Assembly: GCA_964016885.1 (NCBI GenBank) | Contig: OZ024756.1 | Span: 9,424,001-9,488,000, forward strand | Length of the DNA: 64,000 bases | Direction: 5' to 3' | Source of the DNA: Eledone cirrhosa | Taxonomy: Eukaryota | Part shown: in pieces, positions 27,297-40,806 of the stretch | Numbering within the stretch: position 1 is the first letter of the stretch | How the letters are laid out: each line of letters begins with the position of its first letter | Notes under the pieces: generated by a model | Told to the model about the DNA's origin: nothing | Databases searched by the model: none | What the model saw: only the letters and a program-made list of their open reading frames with translations | Program-made: the position numbers and the translations under genes

Positions 27297-28097
27297 GATT
27301 CAGGAGCCCGACGGCTGAGCCCCGGCCACCATGAAGGTAATAAACTATGTACCCGACATCCCAGACCACTGACCAATCCACGTGACAGAAAAGAAAAACA
27401 ACAAACTTTTAAGAATTTTTGGTTAGCTTTTTTTTAGCTTTGTTTGCTTTGACTGCATGCCCATATATGGACTGTACTCCTTGATAAGTTGAGCTAGGCG
27501 CCCGCCATTCTAATACTGGTGGCTTAATTCAGATCGAGCTGTCGAAACGGCCAGAGCTCAGCCGTTGGGATTCTGAATCTTTTCCTATTACCTACTCTAC
27601 TACCCTAAGTATCGAGTACTCTGGTGGGTTATGGTCCACCTGGTTTCTTACCACACCCTCTTTGTTATTCGGGATAAATCATCAGGAAGCCGACTGTCCA
27701 AGTAATATGGTGGTATTTATACCTTTTCTGGGGGTAGGAGAGGGTGGGGATTGGGATGGGTGGGGGTCATTGGTTGATGGGTTTAAAGGAAATGGAATTC
27801 TTTAAAAACTATATATATATATAGTTTTTAAAGAATTGCATTTTCTTTAAACCCATCAACCAATGACCCCCACCCATCCCAATCACCACCCTCTCCTACC
27901 CCCAGAAGAGGTATAAATACCACCATATTACTTGGACAGTCGGCTTCTTGTTGATTTATCCCGAATGAAACAGTTTTAGTTCTGTAGAAGCCATTTCTAT
28001 ATTAAATATTTATACTCTGCTATGTATTGAGTACTTTACTGTGGTTACTCCCGATTGAACCCGGGATAAACTTATATGTATATACATATATAGATAT

Positions 28098-28212
<115 letters not shown>

Positions 28213-28335
28213 GGAGGTGAGTTTTATTGTGGCACAATAAAGCAATGCAAATATCGGATAAGTAGCACTCTACAGTTTGTAGGACTGGAGTATAAATAAT
28301 ATAAAATCAAAAGATGGTTAAAAGAGTTCCAAGTA

Positions 28336-28402
28336 TTTTATTATGCGCATTTCAAAAACAAATATCATCATGAGATGATATCTGCGTTTTCATCAGATAA
28401 AA
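28336..28402 (-). ncRNA. Hammerhead ribozyme in the pseudo-LTR of the Naiad-like element
   Basis: Minus strand: TTTTAT CTGATGA AAACGCAGATATCATC-TCAT-GATGATATTTGTTTTT GAAAT GCGC ATA ATAAAA. Confidence 0.85.
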
Positions 28403-29571
28403 GAGGGATACATGATATGAAGGTTAAAAAACACTTGTGAATAGTGAAGTTTTAAATCAACATATGAAAAATAATTTAAAATTGATGTGTGATATTGGGA
28501 AAAAATGAGGCGGGGCTGGAAAGGGTAAGGAAGAGGAGGAGATGAGAGTAAAGAATGGTGGGGGAGGAGTATAAGAAGGAAGGATGAGAGAGGAGGAGAG
28601 ATGGGTGATAGAGAGAGAGATAGCCTTTACAACTGAGAAAAATATATATTGTCTCACAGAGAGAAGTTAAAAAGCCGTTGGAAGATAATAGATAATTTAA
28701 AAGAATTTGAAATTAAAAGTTGATGAAGAGAAAAAGGGGTTAAGAATAATATTAAATTAAGGTTTGTATATTGAAGGGTTTAATAATATATGCGAGGAAA
28801 AGAAATTGTTAATATGTATTATTAAAATAAAAATATTAATGTTATTAAGGATATAATGTGAAAAGAAGTAGAAGAGTGGATGAGTTATGAATTTAGAGGA
28901 ATTAGTTAGTGTTTAAGTTTGTTTTTATGTAATGTAATATGTGTGCGTAATATATGTAAATAGTTTTTTTAAAAATGAGCGCAGAAAGCAAAGAAGAAAA
29001 GAATGTTTAAGGAAGAAAATATCTAACATCAAAATATATATGTTTACGAAATATTTTCTAATGGTAGTACTATAATATATTAAAGGAAATTAGTTAGGGT
29101 TTAAGTTTGTTTTTATGTATTGTAATATGTAATATGTAAAAGTCAAACGAGCATGAAAGAAAGATATAAGGAACTTAAGGAAGAAAAATCTAACGTCAAA
29201 AAATGTTTATGTTTACGAAGGACTATTAAAGGTAATACTATAATGTATTTAAAAGATAATAATAATATTTATGGCCAATGATATGAAAAAAGATGGAAGA
29301 GTGGATATGTTGTGGTGAGTAATAATAAGAATTGAGAAATACTTAGGGAGAAAAAGTACAGATTAGAGGTTAGAAATTAAAAAGAAAAAAGAAAAAGAAA
29401 AAAGAAAAGAGGAAGAAAGGAACGTGATAAAGAGGAATGATATAGAATGAGTAACTTGTATTATATAATATATAATAAATAATATTGAAATAAGGTAGAA
29501 AGATGGGTATATTTAAAAAAAATATATAAGCCTTTCAGAAAAAGGATTTTAAACTAGTAAAGTATTAGATA

Positions 29572-32160
29572 TTAGCTGTATACTTTATGCAATGTTCTGT
29601 GGAATTTATGCAAGCAGAGAGAAAATAAATCAGTGCGTCTATTTATCATAGAATCTAAATTAGATATAATGGTAAATTTCTCAGATAGGCAAATATTACA
29701 CGTTCTGGATAGGAAGGCATTCAAGTAGGGAGAGGCAGAACAAACTTTCCTCCAAGAGATGTTAAAGTTAATATTTTTGTCTTTCAAGGACCATATAAGT
29801 TCTGAGAGTGCCGTGTTAGTTCTTTTAAGTTGGTATCTAAAAGACGAATTGTGATTATAAAATCTAGCTTTGAAGAAGGTGGAAGTGGAACCGAAATAGG
29901 TAAAGGAATTGGTATTAGTTATAACCTTACATTCATAGACTAAGTTTTTTTCAAGACAATGGTTATTGAGAGGACATTTAGTTCTAACAGGGCAATTACA
30001 ATTACGATTAGAGAAATTAACAGAGTTATTAACAAGTGACTTAGTGTTATTTATAGGAGGAATTGGATTGGAGAAGTTATTTACGATAGGAATAATAGTT
30101 TCCTGATTTAGATTGGTATTATGAACATTTAACGAAGTTACGTTTGACGTCGTATTTGAGTTTGCAGAATCTAGCCTAGAGTTAACAATGATGTCGGGAG
30201 TACTACTGCTATTATTGTGTTATTTATAGGAGGAATTGGATTGGAGAAGTTATTTACGATACGAATAATAGTTTGTTTCCTGATTTAGATTGGTATTATG
30301 AACATTCAACGAAGTTACGTTTGACGTCGTATTTGAGTTTGCAGAATCTAGCCTAGAGTTAACAATGACGTCGGGAGTACTACTGCTATTATTATGACAC
30401 TCAGTGTTGGAAGGATGTGATTTAATATTTAATATTTTATTGTTGTGTTTAGAGATAATGTTAGAGATGTTGGAGGAGGTGGAATAGGAAAATGTTATTG
30501 TATGTTTGTTAAAGATTTTACTATAGATATGTGAGGGAGGGAAGCATTTATCTAAGGCCCTAAAGAATAGTTTTGGAATATTATTATTAATAGAAATAGA
30601 GAAAGGAGCATTATACCAGATTATATTTTTGTATCTAGGTCTTTTATTTAAGTTATTGGAATGATCATAATTAATTATTTTACTGTAAGACCTTCTAGGA
30701 TTGGTTTCTTTACTGTATTTAATTTTATCAGGATAACCGGCTTGAGAAAGCGCATTATTATAGTAATTGGCTTTAGCATCAAAGATATTTTTATTGGAGG
30801 ATAGGTTTTATATTGTTTTTCCAATATTACTAACTATAGCATTTTTAATATTAGTGGGGTGGTTAGATTTAAAATCAACATAATTTAGATTCTCATTGTT
30901 TTTATGGTAAGGGTAATATAGGCCAATGTCAAGATTGAGGGATATATCCAAGAAGTTAGCTAGTTTCACGTTGTTATCAAATTCGATTTTAAGGTTATGT
31001 TGCTTAAAGAGATCACGTATATTGTTCTTAATAATATTAAGGTTAACCAAATTGCAATTTAAGATAGTAAAAAGTCAATGGTCACGATAAATTCCACCAC
31101 GAAGTTGAGGAATTTTCCGATTTAAAGAATTCAAAATAAAAATACCAATCAAATCAGTCAATTGCGATGAATCGGAAGCACTCATTGTGATATCAAAGTT
31201 GTTGGAGGTATCAGCTCTAGTCCAGTATTCATTGTTGAATTCTAAGATGGTTTTTCTTGCGGTGAGAATGATGTGAAGTTCATCTGTGGTGATGTCAGAA
31301 TATTTAAATGCGAAAGATAGAGCATTGTTGAGAAGTGAAGGCGAAATAGAAGAATAGTAGCTGGCAATATCAAATTGAATACATTTTTGTTTGTTTTTCT
31401 TATTCAGGTTGTTGAACCAGCCAATTACTTCAGATGTACCAAACCATAAATTTAAGTTAGAAATAGAGCAATTAGAACAAACCTGTGGGATAGTTCTATC
31501 CAAGATGGCTTTACTAACAACCCCCAGATCTGATTTAGAGGGGGCGATTAGTCTAACAGATAGTTCCGTTCGAAAACTACTTTTATGATCCTTGAGATTT
31601 ATCCTCGGAGTTCTTGGGAGGAATGGTTCGGTCTTTTTTTCATTGCCAAGTTTTGACATAATCTCAGAAGCTTCAAAGTTTATAGATTCCAAATTATCAT
31701 GGTTAGTTTTACGATATTCCTTCCTTAGTTCTTTAAGGATAAGGTTATTATAGTTATCCCTAGATACACCATATAAATTATTAGTTTGTCGGAGTGGACT
31801 AAGACATTTTTAGAGGAATTAAGGTTTAAAATCGTATTCCTGAGATTTACAAGGTGCTCTTGTCCTCTGTAAGGGTTTCTCTTGAATTTAAGATTTCTTA
31901 TCATATTAGTTAATTCTTCCTCGAATTGCACTAGATTTTTGTTGGAAGGAGGATTTCTTCTAGAGTTAAATAAATGATCAAGAAAGTTATGTTTCTTAGT
32001 ATAGAAATTTCCTTTTTGGCGCTGGTAATGGAAGAAAGCTATCCATCTAAGCCTTCTCATAAAGGAGTCAGTTTTTTTCAATCAGAAGTTTGGTGAATTC
32101 AGATTTACCAGGGATAGGAATGTCTTTAGTTGAAGTGGTTATGTTGTAATAATCCACGTT
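29572..32160 (-). pseudogene. Disrupted Penelope-like RT/GIY-YIG ORF
   Basis: Track fragments 31725-32081, 31075-31692, 30808-31050 and 29572-29787 are pieces of one ORF. It carries frameshifts, a stop at 31075-77 in the catalytic motif and an internal ~174-bp duplication. Confidence 0.85.
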
Positions 32161-32235
32161 GTAGAAGAAAAATGAAAGACCATCAAAAGGTATCCGATAT
32201 GAGGGTTAGCGCTCAACCGTTAAGGAGCAAGTTAA

Positions 32236-33902
32236 TGTAGGAGTTTTATTGTAGCGCAATAAAGCAATGCAAATATCGGATAAGTAGCACTCTACAGTTT
32301 GTAGGACTGGAGTATAAATAATATTTGATCAAAAGATGGTTAAAAGAGTTCCAAGTATTTTATTATGCGCTTTTCAAAAACAAATATCATCATGAGATGA
32401 TATCTGCGTTTTCATCAGATAAAATAGGGATACATGATATGAAGGTTAAAAAACACTTGTGAATAGTGAAGTTTTAAATCAACATGTGAAAAATTATTTA
32501 AGATTGATGTGTGATATTGGAAAAAATGAGGGGGGTTGGAAAGAGTAAGGAAGAGGAGGAGATAATAGTAAAGAATGGTGGGGGAGGAGTATAAGAAGGA
32601 AGGATGAGAGAGGGGGAGAGATGGGTGATAGAGAGAGAGATAGCCTTTACAACTGAGAAAAATATATATTGTCTCACAGAGAGAAGTTAAAAAGCCGTTG
32701 GAAGATAATAGATAATTTAAAAGAATTTGAAATTAAAAGTTGATGAAGAGAAAAAGGGGTTAAGAATAATATTAAATTAAGGTTTGTATGTTGAAGGGTT
32801 TAATAATATGTGCGAGGAAAAGAAATTGTTAATATGTATTATTAAAATAAAAATATTAATGTTATTAAGGATATAATGTGAAAAGAAGTAGAAGAGTGGA
32901 TGAGTTATGAATTTAGAGGAATTAGTTAGTGTTTAAGTTTGTTTTTATGTAATGTAATATGTGTGCGTAATATATGTAAATAGTTTGTTTTAAAATGAGC
33001 GCAGAAAGCAAAGAAGAAAAGAATGTTTAAGGAAGAAAATATCTAACATCAAAATATATATGTTTACGAAATATTTTCTAATGGTAGTACTATAATATAT
33101 TAAAGGAAATTAGTTAGTTTGTTTTTATGTATTGTAATATGTAATATGTAAAAGTCAAACGAGCATGAAAGGAAGAGATAATAAACTTAAGGAAGAAAAA
33201 TCTAACGTCAAAAAATGTTTATGTTTACGAAGGACTATTAAAGGTAATACTATCATGTATTTAAAAGATAATACTCATTTTTATGGCCAATGATATGAAG
33301 AAAGATGGAAGAGTGGATATGTTGTGGTGAGTAATAATAAGAATTGAGAAGTACTTAGGGAGAAAAAGTACAGATTAGAGGTTAGAAATTAAAAAGAAAA
33401 AAGAAAAAGAAAAAAGAAAAGAGGAAGAAAGGAAAGTGATAAAGAGGAATGATATAGAATGAGTAACTTGTATTATATAATATATAAAAAAATAATATAG
33501 AAATAAGGTAGAAAAATGGGTATATTTAAAAAAAATATATAAACCTTTGAGAAAAAGGATTTTAAACTAGTAAAGTATTAGATATTAGCTGTATACTTTA
33601 GGGAATGTGCTATGGAATTTATGCAAGCAGAGAATAAATCAGTGCGTCTATTTATTATAGAATCTAAATTAGATATAATGGTAAATTTCTCAGATAGGCA
33701 AATATTACACGTTCTGGATAGGGAGGCATTCAAGTAGGGAGAAGCAGAACAAACTTTCCTCCATGAGATGTTATAGTTAATATTTCTGTCTTTCAATGAC
33801 CATATAAGTTCTAACAGTGCCGTGTTAGTTCTTTTAAGTTGGTATCTAAAAGACGAATTGTGATTATAAAATCTCGCTTTGAAGGTGGTGGAAGTGGAAC
33901 CA
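32236..33902 (-). mobile_element. Partial tandem (pseudo-LTR) copy of the Penelope-like 3' region
   Basis: Direct repeat of 28209-29892 at high identity, including the GIY-YIG C-terminus (track ORF 33578-33796). Confidence 0.9.
32358..32424 (-). ncRNA. Hammerhead copy in the tandem pseudo-LTR (stem III pair mutated)
   Basis: Same motif but reading GAAAA GCGC ATA. Confidence 0.7.
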
Positions 33903-33903
33903 A

Positions 33904-35964
33904 ATTTCTATTAATAATAATATTCCTAAAATATTCTTTAGGGCCTTAGATAAATGCTTCCCTCCCTCACATATCTATAGTAAAATCTTTAACAAACATA
34001 CAATAACATTTTCCTATTCCACCTCCTCCAACATCTCTAACATTATCTCTAAACACAACAATAAAATATTAAATATTAAATCACATCCTTCCAACACTGA
34101 GCGTCATAATAATAGCAGTAGTACTTCCGCCGTCATTGTTAACTCTAGGCTAGATTCTGTAAACTCAAATACGACGTCAAACGTAACTTCGTTGAATGTT
34201 CATAATACCTATCTAAATCAGGAAACTATTATTCCTATCGTAAATAACTTCTCCAATCCAATTCCTCCTATAAAGGTCACTTGTTAATAACTCTGTTAAT
34301 TTCTCTAATCGTAATTGTAATTGCCCTGTTAGAACTAAATGTCCTCTCAATAACCATTGTCTTGATAAAAACTTAGACTATGAATGTAAGGTTATAACTG
34401 ATACCAATTCCTTTACTTATTTCGGTTCCACTTCCACCTCCTTCAAAGCTAGATTTTATAATCACAATTCGTCTTTTAGATACCAACTTAAAAGAACTAA
34501 CACGGCACTATCAGAACTCATATGGTCCTTGAAAGACAAAAATATTAACTATAACATCTCTTGGAGAAAAGTTTGTTCTGCCTCTCCCTACTTGAATACC
34601 TCCCTATCCAGAACATGTAATCTTTGCCTAGCTCAGAAATTTACCATTATATCTAATTTCAATTCTATAATAAATAGACGCACGGATTTATTTTCTCTCT
34701 GCTTGCATAAATTCCATAGAACATTCCATAAAGTATACAGCTAATATCTAATACGTTACTAGTTTAAAATCCTTTTCTCAAACGCTTATATATCTATTAA
34801 AAATATACCCATCTTTCTACCTTATTTCAATATTATTTATTATATATTATATAATACAAGTTACTCATTCTATATCATTCCTTTTTATCACTTTCCTTTC
34901 TTCCTCTTTTCTTTTTATTTTCTAACCTCTAATCTGTACTTTTTCTTCCTAACTACTTCTCGATTCTTATTATTACTCACCATAACATTATCGATTTTTG
35001 CATCTTTCCTCATATCATTGGCCATAAAAATTATTATTTTTTAAATACATTATAGTATTACCTTTAATAGTCCTTCGTAAAGATAAACATTTTTTTTTTA
35101 CGTTAGATTTTTCTTCCTTAAATTTCTTTCACGCTCGTTTGACTTTTACATATTACAATACATAAAAACAAACTTAAACCCTAACTAATTTCTTTTAATA
35201 TATTATATTATTACCATTAGAAAATATTTCGTAAACATATATATTTTTTGATGTTAGATATTTTCTTCCTTAAAAATTCTTTTCTTCTTTGCCTTCTGCG
35301 CTCATTTTAAAACAAACTATTTACGTACACATATTACGCACACACATTACATTACATAAAAACAAATTAAAAACCTAACTAATTCCTCTAAATTCATAAC
35401 TCATCCACTCTGCTCCTGCTTTTCACATTATATCCTTAATAACATTAATATTTTTATTTTAATAATACATATTAATAATTTCTTTACCTCGCACATATTA
35501 TTAAACCCTTCAATATACAAACCTTAATTTAATATTATTCTTAATTCCCTTTTCTCTTCATTAACTTTTAATTTCAAATTTTTTTAAATTATCTATTATC
35601 TTCCAACGGCTTTTTAACTTCTCTCTGTGAGATAATATATATATTTTTCTCAGTTGTAAAGGCTATCTCTCTCTCTCTATCACCCATCTCTCCTCCTCTC
35701 TCATCCTTCCTTCTTATACTCCTCCCCCACCATTCTTAACTCTCATCTCCTCCTCTTCCTTACCTCCCCCCTCATACATCAATCTTAAATTATTTTTTAT
35801 ATGTTGATTTAAAACTTCACTATTCACGAGTGTTTTTTAAGCTTCATATCATGTATCCCTATTTTATCTGATGAGAACGCAGATATCATCCCATGATGAT
35901 ATTTGTTTTTGAAATGCGCATAATAAAATACTTGGGACTCTTTTAACCATCTTTTGATCTTATA
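33904..35964 (+). mobile_element. Inverted copy of the Penelope-like 3' region
   Basis: Reverse complement of ~30597-28300; track ORF 34529-34744 (+) matches 29572-29787 (-). Confidence 0.9.
35862..35928 (+). ncRNA. Hammerhead copy in the inverted segment
   Basis: TTTTAT CTGATGA GAACGCAGATATCATC..GATGATATTTGTTTTT GAAAT GCGC ATA ATAAAA. Confidence 0.85.
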
Positions 35965-36958
35965 TATGCTTTTTGCTACAATATTTTCTATACTTTCTAT
36001 ACCTTTCATTTATATATTTATACTCGGATTTCTGTCCTAGAGTGCTTAAATTATTTGTGACTAATCCCGGTATTTTTGTATAAAAAACCGCGATAATATT
36101 GCTTTTTGCTGAACTCCTTATTGTAGAGTTTTTTTCGGAATGTTTTTGACTGTTGTTTCTTGTAAACAAACATTCGTCTAATTCTGACGTCACCAGCCCT
36201 GTCTTTCCACATGTGCGTTTTATTTTTCATAATCACGCATGATGGTGAACTAGCCTGCTTTTAATTCTCTTTTTGGCATATTAATCAGTGAGAAAATTTG
36301 GTTATCGAGTTGAGCTCTGCTGAGGATCGAATTCTAACCGTGACCATCTCCACTGAAAGTTTTCGTGAAATAGTCTTCAAGACTATACAGAGCATTTGAA
36401 GTTTTTTCCAAATTGAAGGATGAGTATTTTAAACTTTATTTTATCATGAATTAAGGCTCTATTGATTTTTCCCTGGATTTCACTAAATTCTGTTGGATAA
36501 ATCTATATCCTGATTCTTTTTGAATTGAGTTTGAATTATTTTTCCCACATCTTACGTTAACTATTTTCCCATTTTGACGCTATAGTCACTTATATATTAT
36601 GGAATGCTGTTGGCTTTTTGCTACAATATTTTCTATACCTTTCATTTATATATATATATATATATATTAGAATTGGTGCTCTGAAATAGCTATATATATA
36701 TGAATGTATATATAGTGTATTTTGCAATACACTGTATGCTTAATTAAAAGCATTTCGAAGACCTTATGTTATTGTTTTAGAGTAGTGACAGACTCACTTA
36801 CTTTAATTTCAGCAAACAGGGGGAGATAAAGCTTTATCTCCCCCTGTTTGCTGAAATTAAAGTAAGTGAGTCTGTCACTACTCTAAAACAATAGCATAAG
36901 GTCTTCGAAATGCTTTTAATTAAGCATACAGTGTATTGCAAAATACACTATATATACA

Positions 36959-37058
<100 letters not shown>

Positions 37059-37246
37059 AATATCTATCTATATATAATTTTAATTTTCCTAAATTTGTTG
37101 ATGTAGCAGTAAGATGGTGTTCTGTCTTAGTTCCAAATATCAGATAATGTTTCAAATTGATTGACGTTTGATTAAATGAAGAATCTCTCTCTTACATGTA
37201 TTACACATACTGACACTTGTATGTATTTATCTATACTTATATATAA

Positions 37247-37312
<66 letters not shown>

Positions 37313-37376
37313 ATATCTGTGTGTGTATACACATATATATATACACACACACATATATATATATATATACATACAC

Positions 37377-37427
<51 letters not shown>

Positions 37428-37441
37428 CATGTAAAAATAAG

Positions 37442-37475
<34 letters not shown>

Positions 37476-37567
37476 CACATTTATATATATATATATATAT
37501 ATACACAAGATTGAATATATGTGTGTGTGTGTGTGTATACACACACACACATATATATATATGTGTT

Positions 37568-37633
<66 letters not shown>

Positions 37634-37683
37634 ATATAGAAAAAGAGATGTGAGAAAAACCACAGACCCTCCATCTCAACTCA

Positions 37684-37721
37684 CCTTTTGAAAAGCAGAA
37701 GAACTGCGAAACCGGTAAAGG
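37684..37721 (+). ncRNA. Variant-core hammerhead motif
   Basis: CCTT TTGAAAA GCAG-AAGAA-CTGC GAAAC CG GTA AAGG. Confidence 0.55.
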
Positions 37722-37852
37722 AACCAAATAAATATATATATTTAAAAAAAAAATAAGACTCCAGTTGCATTTTCGATTTCATCTCTTTTTCTTTATACTT
37801 TCACTCGTGTAGGACACCTCGGTTATTTTTCAATTTGTAAAAAATACCTCAC

Positions 37853-37907
<55 letters not shown>

Positions 37908-37939
37908 TATACATATATATGTATATATATATATATGTG

Positions 37940-38025
<86 letters not shown>

Positions 38026-38710
38026 GTTATTCCCTTTAATACAACACACGTAAATAGGTACCTTCAATCTTTACCCGTACCCGAGTTTCTGCCACACTTA
38101 ATGCAGCAATAGAGTGCACTGCACCTAATGTCTGCATATATTATGCATCAATGCACAATCGGTGCGTGTGGCTTCATCAGCGGGTTTCGCATAATCAATA
38201 ACAAATCAATCAATACAATTCGATTTCAGTCCGTGTCGGCTATGACTGTATGTGACGGCCAGCACAGTAAAACTGAAATCCCTACGCATCATCACAATGA
38301 CCTCCACCGATCGGCTACAACAGGAGACGAAATTCAAATAGTTCCTCTCCTGCCATAAGCACTCTCCAACATGTCTCAAACACAAATTAAAAAGCGAGTG
38401 AAAAATCGGTTATTAGAAAAAATCAGTCTCCAAATGCTGTACAATAGAATGGTAACATTCGGCTCCTGTCTCCAAGTACTATGGAGAGAAATAGTGCGAC
38501 AGTAACAATGGTAGTGCCTAAAACCTTTCCGGACATTAAATGGCAATACATATGTATATCTTAAGATAATAGGAAAGGGTTTTCCGTTGTCTTAGCTACT
38601 CTCTGATACTTACTCAACAAAGGATGTTTCAAAGCGGAAGCGATCAAAATACTCGGAGTTCTTACCAAATGTACATTTGTAACGGATATATATATATATA
38701 TATATATATA

Positions 38711-38909
38711 TGTAGGAGGTGAGTTTTATTGTAGTACAATAAAGCAATGATATGTTGATTTAAAACTGCACTATCCACAAGTGTTTTTTAACCTTCATAT
38801 CATGTCTTCCTATTTTATTTGATGAAAACACAAATATTATTGCATGATGATATTTGTTTTTGAAATGCGCATAATAAAATACATGGAACTCTTTTAACCA
38901 TCTTTTGTT

Positions 38910-38915
<6 letters not shown>
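38711..38915. mobile_element. Miniature derivative of the same Penelope-like family within (TA)n
   Basis: About 40 bp of the terminus TGTAGGAGGTGAGTTTTATTG joined to an inverted ~165-bp ribozyme-bearing segment. Confidence 0.8.
38813..38879 (+). ncRNA. Hammerhead copy in the miniature element (core C>T)
   Basis: TTTTAT TTGATGA ... GAAAT GCGC ATA ATAAAA. Confidence 0.6.
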
Positions 38916-38949
<34 letters not shown>

Positions 38950-39039
38950 GGGAGTCTAACGTGAAGTTACTGTATGAGCACTCGATGTTTAGGTTCACGT
39001 CATTGATGAGGTGTAGAGCTAAACAGAGTGTAATATAAT

Positions 39040-39175
39040 AATTGTTTTGTTTCTACTACTGGCACAAGGCCAGAAATTACCCAGTACATTACTGGTACTT
39101 TATTTTATCGACCTCGTAAGGATGAAAGGCAAAGTTAACCTCGGCGGGATTTGAACTCAGATCGTAAAGGGACGT
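39040..39175 (-). mobile_element. Deu/Nin-type SINE, 5'-truncated
   Basis: Matches 8645-8776. Confidence 0.85.
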
Positions 39176-39792
39176 ATAATAATACAGTCATTACAACAGC
39201 AGAGGTCCGACAAACTTTTGATTCCAGAGATGGACCAGATCGATACAGATCGAACCTTAGGCTGATCAATAGCAAGACGCGCGTCACCAATCAATAAACG
39301 TAATGAAAGCTTAACAAATCGTCAGCTTCGTACTTACATGCACACACACTCTTTTACTCACATATACACACACATTTCTTGTTAGCTTCGTACGGACGTA
39401 AAATAACACACACACACGGATGCACCCACACACCCACACATGCTTACACACGTGCACAAGTACAGCTCTTTTTACATACCGTTTTTTTTTTCATTTCAGG
39501 TAGACGCGTGCCATCATCCACTTTTCTAAAAAATAAATCATACACAAAACGCCAGCACCAAAAGTTTCGCAAAAGATGTCAACATGAATGGACCTGTTAT
39601 TTTTATCTAAAGATATTTTTTCCAATTCCACCCCGCCCGTCCCCTCAATCTATCTTATTTCTCATTCTTTCTTCTGAACGGTTAAGACCCTCCTCCTGCT
39701 ATATCAAGCGTTAACCTAATATATACCTTCCATATACTGTACTGATTGTGTTGTTATTTCTGTTTACCTTTTACATACACATATATATATAT

Positions 39793-40515
39793 AGTAATAA
39801 TAATAAATTTGAAGACTAAAATCCAAAGAGGGCTCGATAAGGATAAATATATATCAGATATATAAGAACCGTAGAGAAAATATTTATTAAAATAACAGAT
39901 TAAAGTTTAAGCAAAGAATCGCTGCATTCATCCTTAACGGGATCTTCTGAAACTAAAAAATTCAATCTTTGAACGCAGAAGTAAATATTTCAAAAAACGT
40001 TGCAACCGAAGGAAGACAGGAAGACGATACTTTGGTTCGTGGAAACGTTCCCTATACAAATAAGTAATGGTATAAACATAACAAATACTAGCTACCACCT
40101 GAAGACGTAAAATATCCGCGTATAGTTCCTACTATCCGTTAGGGTATAATGTGGGGCTGTAATACAGGAAAATTTTGTGCAATTTATGTTTACAAGCCGA
40201 AATTCCCTCAGATTTTTTGTTTAAGATGTGGTCTTTGGCGTAGAGTATTTCCGGGGTCTCAGCGGCGTAGAGGTCACATGGTCTTTTATTTCCGTTATAC
40301 GATCTAGCCCTAGCTAGGATCTCCCAGTATAACTCATATTGGGTGTGGTTGTCTTTTAGACTCCAGATATAAGCTGAAAGTGACGTCATATTCCTTCTTA
40401 AAGGGTTAACAAAAGAATGGGTAATCATGTAAAGACGCTGCTTGAATCTATTGGCGGTTAACCCTATGTAGGCCCTACGGGACGTGGGTGTTTCAACCTT
40501 ACATTTGTAGACAAT
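39793..40515 (-). mobile_element. 3' fragment of a third Naiad-like Penelope family
   Basis: NIVYKCKV..AYIGLTANRFKQR, then TSLSAYIWSLKD..LYWEILARARSYN..LNKKSE..CKH. Its terminus recurs inverted at 24955-25112. Confidence 0.85.
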
Positions 40516-40545
40516 GTTACTGAAAGAGACAGGTGTGGAGAGAGT

Positions 40546-40590
<45 letters not shown>

Positions 40591-40734
40591 GGAGGGAGGG
40601 AAAGGGGGAGGGGTAGAGAGAGGGGGAGATATATATATAGAGGGGAGTGGGGACGTCAGTAAATGAGAGGTGGCAAAAGTTAGAAGAAAAATAATTGAAA
40701 CTAGGAAAAGGGCGTGATAAATCTTGTTTAGAAA

Positions 40735-40775
40735 ACAGCAGCAACAACAACTGGAACAACAACAACAACAACTGG

Positions 40776-40806
<31 letters not shown>

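Noticed and set aside
31075-31077. In-frame TGA in the Naiad-like ORF as selenocysteine
   Set aside because: It falls at the Gly of YRDDGL next to a D>H change (YRDH*L), and the Cys-motif positions use normal TGT/TGC codons, so it is simple decay.
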